A stretch of 51,473 nucleotides of DNA from Nemertoderma westbladi (GCA_032718475.1 JAUCBJ010002435.1:1-51473); one strand, 5' to 3'. Shown: positions 27,026 to 38,805, counted from the first letter of the stretch. Notes: generated by a model not told the origin, from the letters alone. A program made the numbers and translations.

Positions 27026-29766
27026 GTAAATTTACACACTTATAATATTTTGATGATAAATTTAAAAGTTTATTTGAAGATTAATTCTAATATTACGGAA
27101 ATTGTTTGTGGCTGTTACAACATTCCTGCAATTTTTGTGGCTGTCACAATATTACGACAATTGTTTGTAGCTGTCACAATATTACGACAATTGTTTGTGG
27201 CTGTCACAACATTGTGACAATTGATTGTGGCTGTCACAACATTGTGACAATTGATTGTGGCTGTCACAATATTACGACAATTGTTTGTGGCTGTCACAAC
27301 ATTGTGACAATTGATTGTGGCTGTCACAATATTACGACAATTGTTTGTAGCTGTCACAATATTACGACAATTCTTTGTGGCTGTCTCAACATTGCGACAA
27401 TTGTTTGTGGCTGTCACAACATTCGGACAATTGTTTGTGGCCGTCACAACATTACGACAATTGTTTGTGGTTGTCACAACATTACGACAATTGTTTGTGG
27501 CTGTCACAACATTCGGACAATTGTTTGTGGCCGTCACACCATTACGACAATTGTTTGTGGTTGTCACAACATTACGACAATTGTTTGTGGCTGTCACAAC
27601 ATTCGGACAATTGTTTGTGGCCGTCACAACATTACGACAATTGTTTGTGGTTGTCACAACATTGCGACAATTGTTTGTGGCTGTCACAATATTGCTACAA
27701 TTGTTTGTGGTTGTCACAACATTGCGACAATTGTTTGTGGCTGTCACAACATTCGGACAATTGTTTGTGGCCGTCACAACATTACGACAATTGTTTGTGG
27801 TTGTCACAACATTGCGACAATTGTTTGTGGCTGTCACAATATTGCTACAATTGTTTGTGGTTGTCACAACATTGCGACAATTGTTTGTGGCTGTCACAAC
27901 ATTCGGACAATTGTTTGTGGCCGTCACAACATTACGACAATTGTTTGTGGTTGTCACAACATTGCGACAATTGTTTGTGGCTGTCACAAAATTCGGACAA
28001 TTGTTTGTGGCCGTCACAACATTACGACAATTGTTTGTGGTTGTCACAACATTACGACAATTGTTTGTGGCTGTCACAACATTCGGACAATTGTTTGTGG
28101 CTGTCAGAACATTGTGACAATTGATTGTGGCTGTCACAACATTACGACAATTGTTTGTAGCTGTCACAATATTACGACAATTGTTTGTGGCTGTCGCAAC
28201 ATTACGACAATTGTTTGTGGCTGTCACAACATTCGGACAATTGTTTGTGGCTGTCACAACATTGTGACAATTGATTGTGGCTGTCACAACATTACGACAA
28301 TTGTTTGTAGCTGTCACAATATTACGACAATTGTTTGTGGCTGTCGCAACATTACGACAATTGTTTGTGGCTGTCACAACATTCGGACAATTTTTTGTGG
28401 CTGTCAGAACATTGTGACAATTGATTGTGGCTGTCACAACATTACGACAATTGTTTGTAGCTGTCACAATATTACGACAATTGTTTGTGGCTGTCGCAAC
28501 ATTACGACAATTGTTTGTGGCTGTCACAACATTCGGACAATTGTTTGTGGCTGTCACAACATTGTGACAATTGATTGTGGCTGTCACAACATTACGACAA
28601 TTGTTTGTAGCTGTCACAATATTACGACAATTGTTTGTGGCTGTCACAACATTACGACAATTGTTTGTGGCTGTCACAACATTCGGACAATTGTTTGTGG
28701 CTGTCACAATATTACGACAATTGTTTGTGGTTGTCACAACATTACGACAATTGTTTGTAGCTGTCACAACATTCGGACAATTGTTTGAGGCCGTCACAAC
28801 ATTACGACAATTGTTTGTAGCTGTCACAATATTACGACAATTGTTTGTGGCTGTCACAACATTCGGACAATTGTTTGTGGCCGTCACAACATTACGACAA
28901 TTGTTTGTATTTGTCACAACATTGCGACAATTGTTTGTGGCTGTCACAACATTACGACAATTGTTTGTGGTTGTCACAACATTACGACAATTGTTTGTGG
29001 CTGTCACAACATTACGACAATTGTTTGTGGCTGTCGCAACATTACGACAATTGTTTGTGGCTGTCGCAACATTACGACAATTGTTTGTGGCTGTCACAAC
29101 ATTCGGACAATTGTTTGTGGCTGTCACAACATTACGACAATTGTTTGTGGCTGTCACAACATTACGACAATTGTTTGTGGTTGTCACAACATTACGACAA
29201 TTGTTTGTGGCTGTCACAACATTACGACAATTGTTTGTAGCTGTCACAATATTACGACAATTGTTTGTGGCTGTCGCAACATTACGACAATTGTTTGTGG
29301 CTGTCACAACATTCGGACAATTGTTTGTGGCTGTCACAATATTACGACAATTGTTTGTGGTTGTCACAACATTACGACAATTGTTTGTGGCTGTCACAAC
29401 ATTACGACAATTGTTTGTGGCTGTCGCAACATTACTACAATTGTTTGTGGCTGTCACAACATTCGGACAATTGTTTGTGGCTGTCACAATGTTACGAAAA
29501 TTGTTTTCTGCTGTCACAATATTCCGACAATTGTTTGCGGCTGTCACAATATTACGACAATTGTTTGTGGCTGTCACAACATTACGACAATTGTTTGTGG
29601 CTGTCACAATATTCCGAAGTTGTTTGTGACTGTCCCAACACAGTTAGTTTTAGCTGTGAGATTTTGTGTGTGAAACTACCATGGTAAGAGGTTTGCAAGA
29701 GTTACTTTGTGCAAACCTGCAAGCATTGTTTATTAACACAATCCAATGTATCTATATTTTTTCTAG

Positions 29767-29895
29767 TTTAACGAAGAAATTGACGACATAACGGATAATA
29801 TTCCGTTGATATTGGGTGGCTCTGCTGCTCCTGATAAGCAACCGATCTGCACAAGCGATCTTGATATGCTCGATGACCTCACCGCTGATAAAGAG
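29767..29895 (+). CDS. Repeat exon 11
   Basis: AG/GT flanks, phase 0, open. Confidence 0.7.
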
Positions 29896-32757
29896 GTAAA
29901 TTTACACACTTATATTATTTTGATGATAAATTTAAAAGTTTATTTGAAGATTAATTCTAATATTACGGAAATTGTTTGTGGCTGTTACAACATTCCTGCA
30001 ATTTTTGTGGCTGTCACAATATTACGACAATTGTTTGTAGCTGTCACAATATTACGACAATTGTTTGTGGCTGTCACAACATTGTGACAATTGATTGTGG
30101 CTGTCACAATATTACGACAATTGTTTGTAGCTGTCACAATATTACGACAATTCTTTGTAGCTGTCTCAACATTGCGACAATTGTTTGTGGCTGTCACAAC
30201 ATTCGGACAATTTATTTGTGGCCGTCACAACATTACGACAATTGTTTGTGGTTGTCACAACATTACGACAATTGTTTGTGGCTGTCACAACATTCGGACA
30301 ATTGTTTGTGGCCGTCACACCATTACGACAATTGTTTGTGGTTGTCACAACATTACGACAATTGTTTGTGGCTGTCACAACATTCGGACAATTGTTTGTG
30401 GCCGTCACAACATTACGACAATTGTTTGTGGTTGTCACAACATTGCGACAATTGTTTGTGGCTGTCACAATATTGCTACAATTGTTTGTGGTTGTCACAA
30501 CATTGCGACAATTGTTTGTGGCTGTCACAACATTCGGACAATTGTTTGTGGCCGTCACAACATTACGACAATTGTTTGTGGTTGTCACAACATTGCGACA
30601 ATTGTTTGTGGCTGTCACAATATTGCTACAATTGTTTGTGGTTGTCACAACATTGCGACAATTGTTTGTGGCTGTCACAACATTCGGACAATTGTTTGTG
30701 GCCGTCACAACATTACGACAATTGTTTGTGGTTGTCACAACATTGCGACAATTGTTTGTGGCTGTCACAAAATTCGGACAATTGTTTGTGGCCGTCACAA
30801 CATTACGACAATTGTTTGTGGTTGTCACAACATTACGACAATTGTTTGTGGCTGTCACAACATTCGGACAATTGTTTGTGGCTGTCAGAACATTGTGACA
30901 ATTGATTGTGGCTGTCACAACATTACGACAATTGTTTGTAGCTGTCACAATATTACGACAATTGTTTGTGGCTGTCGCAACATTACGACAATTGTTTGTG
31001 GCTGTCACAACATTCGGACAATTGTTTGTGGCTGTCACAACATTGTGACAATTGATTGTGGCTGTCACAACATTACGACAATTGTTTGTAGCTGTCACAA
31101 TATTACGACAATTGTTTGTGGCTGTCGCAACATTACGACAATTGTTTGTGGCTGTCACAACATTCGGACAATTTTTTGTGGCTGTCAGAACATTGTGACA
31201 ATTGATTGTGGCTGTCACAACATTACGACAATTGTTTGTAGCTGTCACAATATTACGACAATTGTTTGTGGCTGTCGCAACATTACGACAATTGTTTGTG
31301 GCTGTCACAACATTCGGACAATTGTTTGTGGCTGTCACAACATTGTGACAATTGATTATGGCTGTCACAACATTACGACAATTGTTTGTAGCTGTCACAA
31401 TATTACGACAATTGTTTGTGGCTGTCGCAACATTACGACAATTGTTTGTGGCTGTCACAACATTCGGACAATTGTTTGTGGCTGTCACAATATTACGACA
31501 ATTGTTTGTGGTTGTCACAACATTACGACAATTGTTTGTAGCTGTCACAACATTCGGACAATTGTTTGTGGCCGTCACAACATTACGACAATTGTTTGTA
31601 GCTGTCACAATATTACGACAATTGTTTGTGGCTGTCACAACATTCGGACAATTGTTTGTGGCCGTCACAACATTACGACAATTGTTTGTGGTTGTCACAA
31701 CATTGCGACAATTGTTTGTGGCTGTCACAACATTCGGACAATTGTTTGTGGCTGTCACAATATTACGACAATTGTTTGTGGCTGTCAGAACATTACGACA
31801 ATTGTTTGTGGCTGTCACAACATTACGACAATTGTTTGTGGCTGTCGCAACATTACGACAATTGTTTGTGGTTGTCACAACATTACGACAATTGTTTGTG
31901 GTTGTCACAACATTACGACAATTGTTTGTGGCTGTCACAACATTACGACAATTGTTTGTGGCTGTCGCAACATTACGACAATTGTTTGTGGCTGTCACAA
32001 CATTCGGACAATTGTTTGTGGCTGTCACAATATTACGACAATTGTTTGTGGTTGTCACAACATTACGACAATTGTTTGTGGCTGTCACAACATTACGACA
32101 ATTGTTTGTGGTTGTCACAACATTACGACAATTGTTTGTGGCTGTGACAACATTACGACAATTGTTTGTAGCTGTCACAATATTACGACAATTGTTTGTG
32201 GCTGTCGCAACATTACGACAATTGTTTGTGGCTGTCACAACATTCGGACAATTGTTTGTGGCTGTCACAATATTACGACAATTGTTTGTGGTTGTCACAA
32301 CATTACGACAATTGTTTGTGGCTGTCACAACATTACGACAATTGTTTGTGGCTGTCGCAACATTACGACAATTGTTTGTGGCTGTCACAACATTCGGACA
32401 ATTGTTTGTGGCTGTCACAATATTACGACAATTGTTTGTGGTTGTCACAATATTACGACAATTGTTTGTGGTTGTCACAACATTACGACAATTGTTTGTG
32501 GTTGTCACAACATTACGACAATTGTTTGTGGCTGTCACAACATTACGACAATTGTTTGTGGCTGTCACAACATTACGACAATTGTTTGTGGCTGTCACAA
32601 CATTCCGAAGTTGTTTGTGACTGTCCCAACACAGTTAGTTTTAGCTGTGAGATTTTGTGTGTGAAACTACCATGGTAAGAGGTTTGCAAGAGTTACTTTG
32701 TGCAAACCTGCAAGCATTGTTTATTAACACAATCCAATGTATCTATATTTTTTCTAG

Positions 32758-32886
32758 TTTAACGAAGAAATTGACGACATAATGGATAATATTCCGTGGA
32801 TATTGGGTGGCTCTGCTGCTCCTGATAAGCAACCGATCTGCATAAGCGATCTTGATCTGCTCGATGACCTCACCGCTGATAGAGAG
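32758..32886 (+). CDS. Repeat exon 12 (FNEEIDDIMDNIPWILGG...ADRE)
   Basis: AG/GT flanks, phase 0, open. Confidence 0.7.
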
Positions 32887-34463
32887 GTAAATTTACACAT
32901 ATTATTTTGATGATAAATTTAAAAGTTTATTTGAAGATTAATTCTAATATTACGGCAATTGTTTGTGGCTGTTACAACATTCCTGCAATTTTTGTGGCTG
33001 TCACAATATTACGACAATTGTTTGTGGCTTTTACAACATTCGGACGATTGTTTGTGGCTGTCACAACATTACGACAATTGTTTGTGGCCGTCACAAAATT
33101 ACTACAATTGTTTGTGGCTGTCACAACATTGTGACAATTGTTTGTGGCTGTCACAACATTACGACAATTGTTTGTGGCTGTCACAAAATTGTTACAATTG
33201 TTTGAGGATGTCACAACATTGTGACAATTGTTTGTGGCTGTCACAACATTACGACAATTGTCTGTGGCTGTCACAACATTGCGACAATTGTTTGTGGCTT
33301 TTACAACATTCGGACAATTGTTTGTGGCTGTCACAACATTGCGATAATTGTTTGTGGCCGTCACGAAATTACGAGAATAATTGTTTGTGGCTGTCACAAA
33401 ATTACTACAATTGTTTGTGGCTGTCACAACATTGCGACAATTGTTTGTGGCTGTCACAACATTGCGACAATTGTTTGTGGCTGTCACAAAATTGTTACAA
33501 TTGTTTGAGGCTGTCACAACATTGTGACAATTGTTTGTGGCTGTCACAACATTACGACAATTGTCTGTAGCTGTCACAACATTGCGGCAATTGTTTGTGG
33601 CTTTTACAACATTCGGACAATTGTTTGTGGCTGTCACAACATTGCGATAATTGTTTGTGGCCGTCACGAAATTACGAGAATAATTGTTTGTGGCTGTCAC
33701 AAAATTACTACAATTGTTTGTGGCTGTCACAACATTGCGACAATTGTTTGTGGCTGTCACAACATTGCGACAATTTTTTGTGGCTGTCACAACATTACGA
33801 GAATAATTGTTTGTGGCTGTCACAAAATTACTACAATTGTTTGTGGCTGTCACAACATTGCGACAATTGTTTGTGGTTGTCACAACATTACGACAATTTT
33901 TTGTGGCTGTCACAACATTGCGACAATTGTTTGTGGCCGTCACAAAATTACTACAATTGTTTGTGGCTGTCACAACATTGCGACAATTGTTTGTGGCCGT
34001 CACAAAATTGCGACAATTTTTTGTGGCTGTCACATTACGAGAATAATTGTTTGTGGCTGTCACAAAATTACTACAATTGTTTGTGGCTGTCACAACATTG
34101 CGACAATTGTTTTTGGTTGTCACAACATTACGACAATTTTTTGTGGCTGTCACAACATTGCGACAATTGTTTGTGGCCGTCACAACATTGCGACAATTGT
34201 TTGTGGCTGTCACAACATTGCGACAATTTTTTGTGGCTGTCACAACATTACAACAATTTTTTGCGGCTGTCCCAACATTGCGACAAATGTTTGTGGCTGT
34301 CACAACATTACGACAATTGTTTGTGACTGTCCCAACACAGTTAGTTTTAGCTGTGAGATGTTGTGTGTGAAACTACCATGGTATGAGGTTTGCAAGTGTT
34401 ACTTTGTGCAAACCTGCAAGCATTGTTTATTAACAAATTCTAATGTATCTTTATTTTTTCTAG

Positions 34464-34592
34464 TTTAACGAAGAAATTGACGACATAACGGACAATATTC
34501 CGTTGATATTGGGTGGCTCTGGTGCTCCTGATAAGCAACCGATCTGCACAGGCGATCTTGATCTGCTTGATGACCCCACCGCTGATAAGGAG
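34464..34592 (+). CDS. Repeat exon 13, the last copy, followed by an ordinary 68-nt intron
   Basis: ttttttctag acceptor, GAG|gtgaat donor; splices in phase to 34661. Confidence 0.75.
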
Positions 34593-34660
34593 GTGAATTT
34601 ACACACATTTTTATTGAAGATAAATTTTAATGTATATTATTATTATTTTTGAAAGCACAG

Positions 34661-34726
34661 GCTGGTTGTGCCAGTAACATGACCTATATGGAACCCATTC
34701 CGGTTCCTACGTATAGCAATCATAAG
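34661..34726 (+). CDS. 66-nt exon AGCASNMTYMEPIPVPTYSNHK
   Basis: cacag acceptor, AAG|gtgtgt donor, phase 0; a 51-nt intron ending in attttag leads to 34778. Confidence 0.65.
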
Positions 34727-34777
34727 GTGTGTCTGTCGTCATTAGATTCCAATTATTAATTTTATAATTCATTTTAG

Positions 34778-35200
34778 GCCAATGTCGTTATTCCGCGTAC
34801 TGAACACGTTAATGATTCTTCTGGTTCAAAAACACACGTCTGCGTTTACTGTGGGTTAGCAAGGACAAATATTGTACGCCATTGGAAGATAATGCATTGT
34901 GATGAAGCAGAAGTGCAGCGTATTGTAGAATTGGATGGAAGAGCCACAAACACAAAGCCTCATGATAAGCGAACAAACTACCAACAGACATACTTTGCTG
35001 CTCGTTCAAATATGGTTGATAAAATACGCAACCGCGGTAATTATAAATACAATAAAAAACTAATAAGTAGCGGAAAGGGAGGTGTGTTGAAAGTTCGTCG
35101 ACGAGCAGGATCCAAGTTTGGTAAAAGGCTACTAATTGGAATGGTGACATGTCCATATTGCTTTGGAATGTTAAGAAAAAGTCAGATAGTCGATCACTAA
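34778..35200 (+). CDS. 5' part of the terminal exon: C2H2 zinc finger (CVYC...RHWKIMH), RNRGNYKYN motif and CPYC...H; frameshifts +1 into the recombinase ORF
   Basis: Open from the acceptor to TAA at 35198-35200. The +1 frame from 35199 reads KKCQHHRNVASGRGITAMSTTM into ORF 35250 and completes CxxC...H..C. Confidence 0.8.
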   Translation, partial: ANVVIPRTEHVNDSSGSKTHVCVYCGLARTNIVRHWKIMHCDEAEVQRIVELDGRATNTKPHDKRTNYQQTYFAARSNMVDKIRNRGNYKYNKKLISSGKGGVLKVRRRAGSKFGKRLLIGMVTCPYCFGMLRKSQIVDH

Positions 35201-35249
35201 GAAGTGTCAGCATCACCGTAATGTAGCCTCTGGAAGAGGGATCACAGCT

Positions 35250-36824
35250 ATGAGTACAACAATGAATTTAGCGGATGATATTTCTGGAGAAGAAATACGC
35301 TCCTTGATTGGTAGAATGAAATCTGATGAAGTTACCACAGTAGTGAAGTCTGATACAATTTTACAAAGGTGGGGTCAGTGGCTATTAATTACTAGGAAAG
35401 ACCCAATAGAAGATTCGCCAATTGTGACTAGTCAGCGATTGAGACTTATAGCCCGCTTGATGTTGCTGTTAAATATGAACCCCGATATGAATGACCAACT
35501 TAATTATAATAGGACAGTAGCCTTGATTAACCCTAAAAACTTCGACAAGGTGCTTTGTGCTGCTAATAAGTTTGAAAGTTCTTCTGCTAAGATCAAAGTT
35601 GGCCAGTCTTTGAGGAAGTTTGCAGAATTTATTCGGAATCAGGCTGTTAGAGATGATAATATCGACCTACAAAGGAAAATAGACTCGTTTCTTCATCTAC
35701 ATGGCTCTGAATGGACTTTTGTTGTATCGAGAATTGCTAAGTATGCGCTAGAGAAGGCTAAATTCAATAAAATTAACGAGATACCACTAACTAAAGACAT
35801 AATAGCACTAAGATCATATATTGATACACTCATCAAACATCATACACAAATCATACCAGGAAATCGCAACATTCGGGATGTCAAGGAATGTGTACTTGTA
35901 CAACTTTTATTATTTAATAAGAAGAGGTCAAGGGAACCGAGTTCCATGAGATGTGGCACTGTTTTAAATGGTCTAAACCGGGATGTTACCGCCCATACTT
36001 CAGAAGAGGTTAAGAAATGTTTAAATCCCTTAGAGTTGGAGCTAACAAAGCGTATGGGACTTATTACTACCATTGGAAAGCGTAATCCAGTTCCCGTGTT
36101 GGTTACACCAGAAGTAAGGCCTCTGTTGCTCTTTCTTTGTAAGGGTCTGGATAATAATGACTTTGTATTTAAGTCGGATGGGTTTCAGCCTATCAGAGGT
36201 CACGACGTATTAAAAAAATATTCTGAAGCAGCTGGCTGCCAAAAGCCTGAGTTAATTCGTACAACTGCAATCAGAAAATACTGCGCCACCATATGCCAGA
36301 TCTTAAATATGGATGATAACGAAAAGGAATGGTTATCTAACCATCTAGGGCATTCTTTAGATGTCCACAGCAAATATTATCGTTTACATGATGACATTAT
36401 TGAGATCACCCAAATGTCCAAACTGATGATAGCGATGTCAAATGGAACGATCAGTCAGTTCCGAGGGAAGAAGTTATCCGAAGTGACAATTCCTCTGTCA
36501 GAGATTCTGGTCGACAATGAGATATGTTCTAGTCAACCATCAAGCGAAAGTTCTAGTAAACCATTAACCATAAGCCAAAGTTCCACTCAACCTTTTCAAC
36601 CATCAACTGTAGTTAAATCGAATATACGAAGCTGTAACAGACAGAAATGGTCTGAGGTACAAGTGACCGCAGTAATGGAATATTTCAAAGAACACATACA
36701 GAAGAAGATCGTACCAAGGAAAGCGGAAATAGTGAAGTTGCAGGAAAATACGGATTGTTTAATGGAAATGAGATGGAAACTCATTAAAGATAAAGTTCAC
36801 AGTAAAATCCTTCAAAATAAGTAG
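35250..36824 (+). CDS. Crypton-like tyrosine recombinase with a Myb/SANT-like C-terminal tail
   Basis: Catalytic order R (FNKKRSRE), K (IGKRNPVPVL), R (RTTAIRKY), H (LGHSLDVH), Y (SKYYR); Ser-rich linker; tail KWSEVQVTAVMEYF...VPRK...RWKLIKDKV. Confidence 0.88.
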   Translation: MSTTMNLADDISGEEIRSLIGRMKSDEVTTVVKSDTILQRWGQWLLITRKDPIEDSPIVTSQRLRLIARLMLLLNMNPDMNDQLNYNRTVALINPKNFDKVLCAANKFESSSAKIKVGQSLRKFAEFIRNQAVRDDNIDLQRKIDSFLHLHGSEWTFVVSRIAKYALEKAKFNKINEIPLTKDIIALRSYIDTLIKHHTQIIPGNRNIRDVKECVLVQLLLFNKKRSREPSSMRCGTVLNGLNRDVTAHTSEEVKKCLNPLELELTKRMGLITTIGKRNPVPVLVTPEVRPLLLFLCKGLDNNDFVFKSDGFQPIRGHDVLKKYSEAAGCQKPELIRTTAIRKYCATICQILNMDDNEKEWLSNHLGHSLDVHSKYYRLHDDIIEITQMSKLMIAMSNGTISQFRGKKLSEVTIPLSEILVDNEICSSQPSSESSSKPLTISQSSTQPFQPSTVVKSNIRSCNRQKWSEVQVTAVMEYFKEHIQKKIVPRKAEIVKLQENTDCLMEMRWKLIKDKVHSKILQNK

Positions 36825-37264
36825 GAATAATTTGTATATAGCGCATTTATACACTCGACTGGTACTGTTTCGATACGCGTACCCACCCTTACTAGTTTTT
36901 GCTACTTTTTTTTAATGTTCTAGAACATGTTAGCTATTTATTTAAAAATTCGAGATCAAATATTTATTCTTCTGAACATTTTTAAAAACACATAATTACG
37001 ATACATTATTGAATATTTCTTAATAAAATACATAACATTGTTGATATGGTAACATAACTTTCTAGATTATTATTATTATTATTCCTCCTTTATAAACGTT
37101 AATTACATATTGCATAATAGTAATTTTTGCAGCTGTAGTCGAACAGCAATAGCAGACCGACTACAGTATATAGTGCCGTTTACAATTTTTTAATTAACAT
37201 TACCGGCTTAATGCCCCGGTGGCTATATTGGATAAAAGGCCGTGCAACATTCGATAAAAACATA

Positions 37265-37585
37265 GGATCAATAAAGTAGTAATATAATGTAGCACCAACT
37301 TTACTGTACATAACGCGTAGAGCAACAGTGTGTGAATGGTTGTCAGCTAGGGGGATGGTATGCAGGGCATATGATTGCATTGGATCAATAAAGTAGTAAT
37401 ATAATGTAGCACCAACTTTACTGTACATAACGCGTAGAGCAACAGTGTGTGAATGGTTGTCAGCTAGGGGGATGGTATGCAGGGCATATGATTGCATTGG
37501 ATCAATAAAGTAGTAATATAATGTAGCACCAACTTTACTGTACATAACGCGTAGAGGAACAGTGTGTGAATGGTTGTCAGCTAGG
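37265..37585. repeat. 117-bp tandem repeat, about 2.7 copies
   Basis: ggatcaataaagtag recurs at 37265, 37382 and 37499. Confidence 0.9.
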
Positions 37586-37589
37586 AGAT

Positions 37590-38760
37590 GGGTGGGTGGT
37601 CCATGTGGTTGTGGTAGTTCTTGTCGGTGAAGTGGTAGTCAGACCCCGTCGTGGTTTGGGTGATTTCCAGCGATATTTAGTTGACATTGAAATATTGCTA
37701 GTTTGCGGTCATGTTTTTGGTGAAAGGGGATAGATCTAATTTTGTAACAGTTTTCTATAAAGTTGAAGGCATCGCTGTCGCGGACCGATGTGGAACCAGG
37801 GTTCAATCTCGAAATAAGCATCGATTTGCTGTAATCGTAATTCAGCAACGATGTGATGTGTGGCATGGGGAAGAGTGACCGGCATTCCTTGTACGTTCCA
37901 CCGAGTCCGTTGTAAGTTGCGTTACAGTTTAGTGGGAGGTGGGTTCGGTGGTCTGGATGGACTCTTTAGGACATTTGGTGGAGCGCATGATACTCCCGAT
38001 GCAGGCGTAAAACGCGTCCATGGAGATGGATCTACAGTGCAGGAGGCCGTAAATTACCTCGTTACTTGCGTAGCGCCCTAGATGCATTAATCCTCTTAAG
38101 GATTTGCGATAATTGGAGTCTAGTTTCAGTCGCTGGTCGGTTGTGAGGGCTCCTACCAGGAATTTGATTTTATATAAAATTGTGGGGATGCCGATTATTC
38201 GCCAGAGGTAGCCCAAAGTGGGAGTTGGGAGCCAGCGTGTCGTCCAGCCCAGCTTATGAAATGCCTCAGCGACAGAGACAATGGTTTGGGTGAATTCGCT
38301 GTGGAATTTATTTATAGGGAGGTTGATTTTGCATCCTAGAAATGTCAGTACTTGAGTGCGTGGGATTAGGTTGCCATGCAGGTTTAGGAAGGTTGGTATG
38401 TGGGACCTGTTGTTATTCAGGCTTGGAACAGATGTCCATTTCGTTTTCCTTGATTCAATGTCCAGGTGTATGTTGGTCAGCTTTGCTCTGATCGTGCCCA
38501 CTAAGTTCTCGATCTCTGCGGCGGATTTGCCAATGATGAGGAAGTCGTCGGCGTATGCAATGACACCAAGCCAGGTATTATCTGTGTTCGGTTCAGACCC
38601 CTTGTTTTTGAGTGAGTTGAGTATATCGCTGGTGTACAGGATGAAGAGGGATGGGAAAGTAGGGAGCCTTGTTTTAGGCCCTTAGTGAGGGTGATGTGAT
38701 GCCTGTGGCGTCTATCTTGGTCCCCAACTTTAAAAATGCAATGGTGAAGCGGTAGGTTGC
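37590..38760 (-). mobile_element. 5'-truncated, degraded non-LTR retrotransposon (reverse transcriptase and C-terminal region)
   Basis: Minus strand reads ITLTKGLKQGSLLS, frameshift, LFILYTSD...GVIAYADDFLII...KTKW...LTFLG. Boundaries approximate. Confidence 0.85.
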
Positions 38761-38805
38761 ATAGTGCATAGTGGTTGCATAATGCAGTCCGACTACATTT
38801 GCTAA

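Larger units (their letters stand above)
9940..34335. repeat. About 24 kb of intronic 30-bp minisatellite interrupted by exon modules of roughly 330 bp; several levels of higher-order repeat
   Basis: 30-bp period with 33-bp variants; a 93-bp (30+30+33) unit at ~10090-10860; 1400-bp duplications (17289/18689/20089); a 3939-bp offset duplication (22958/26897). Confidence 0.97.
8930..36824 (+). mobile_element. Crypton-like element gene: SET domain + 13 acidic repeat exons + zinc finger + tyrosine recombinase (spliced, about 1,400 aa if repaired, disrupted in this copy)
   Basis: All predicted exons (8930-9392; 13 x 129 nt; 34661-34726; 34778-36824) join in phase 0 across GT-AG introns; SET and recombinase motifs are recognisable. 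Element termini not identified. Confidence 0.7.

Noticed and set aside
9-34468. Long ORFs of IVCGCHNITT, LFVAVTTLRQ, WLSQHYDNCL and TATNNCRNVV repeats
   Set aside because: They are translations of a 30-bp unit that lacks stops in several frames on both strands. They switch frame at indels and lie inside predicted introns.
11000-34600. Conserved modules separated by variable blocks as a CRISPR- or integron-type array
   Set aside because: The variable blocks are the same minisatellite rather than captured foreign sequence, and the constant modules behave as spliceosomal exons.
35250-36824. Phage integrase or bacterial contamination
   Set aside because: The ORF is preceded by spliceosomal introns and a C2H2 finger and is surrounded by LINEs. 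It also lacks the RT/RNase H that a DIRS element would carry.
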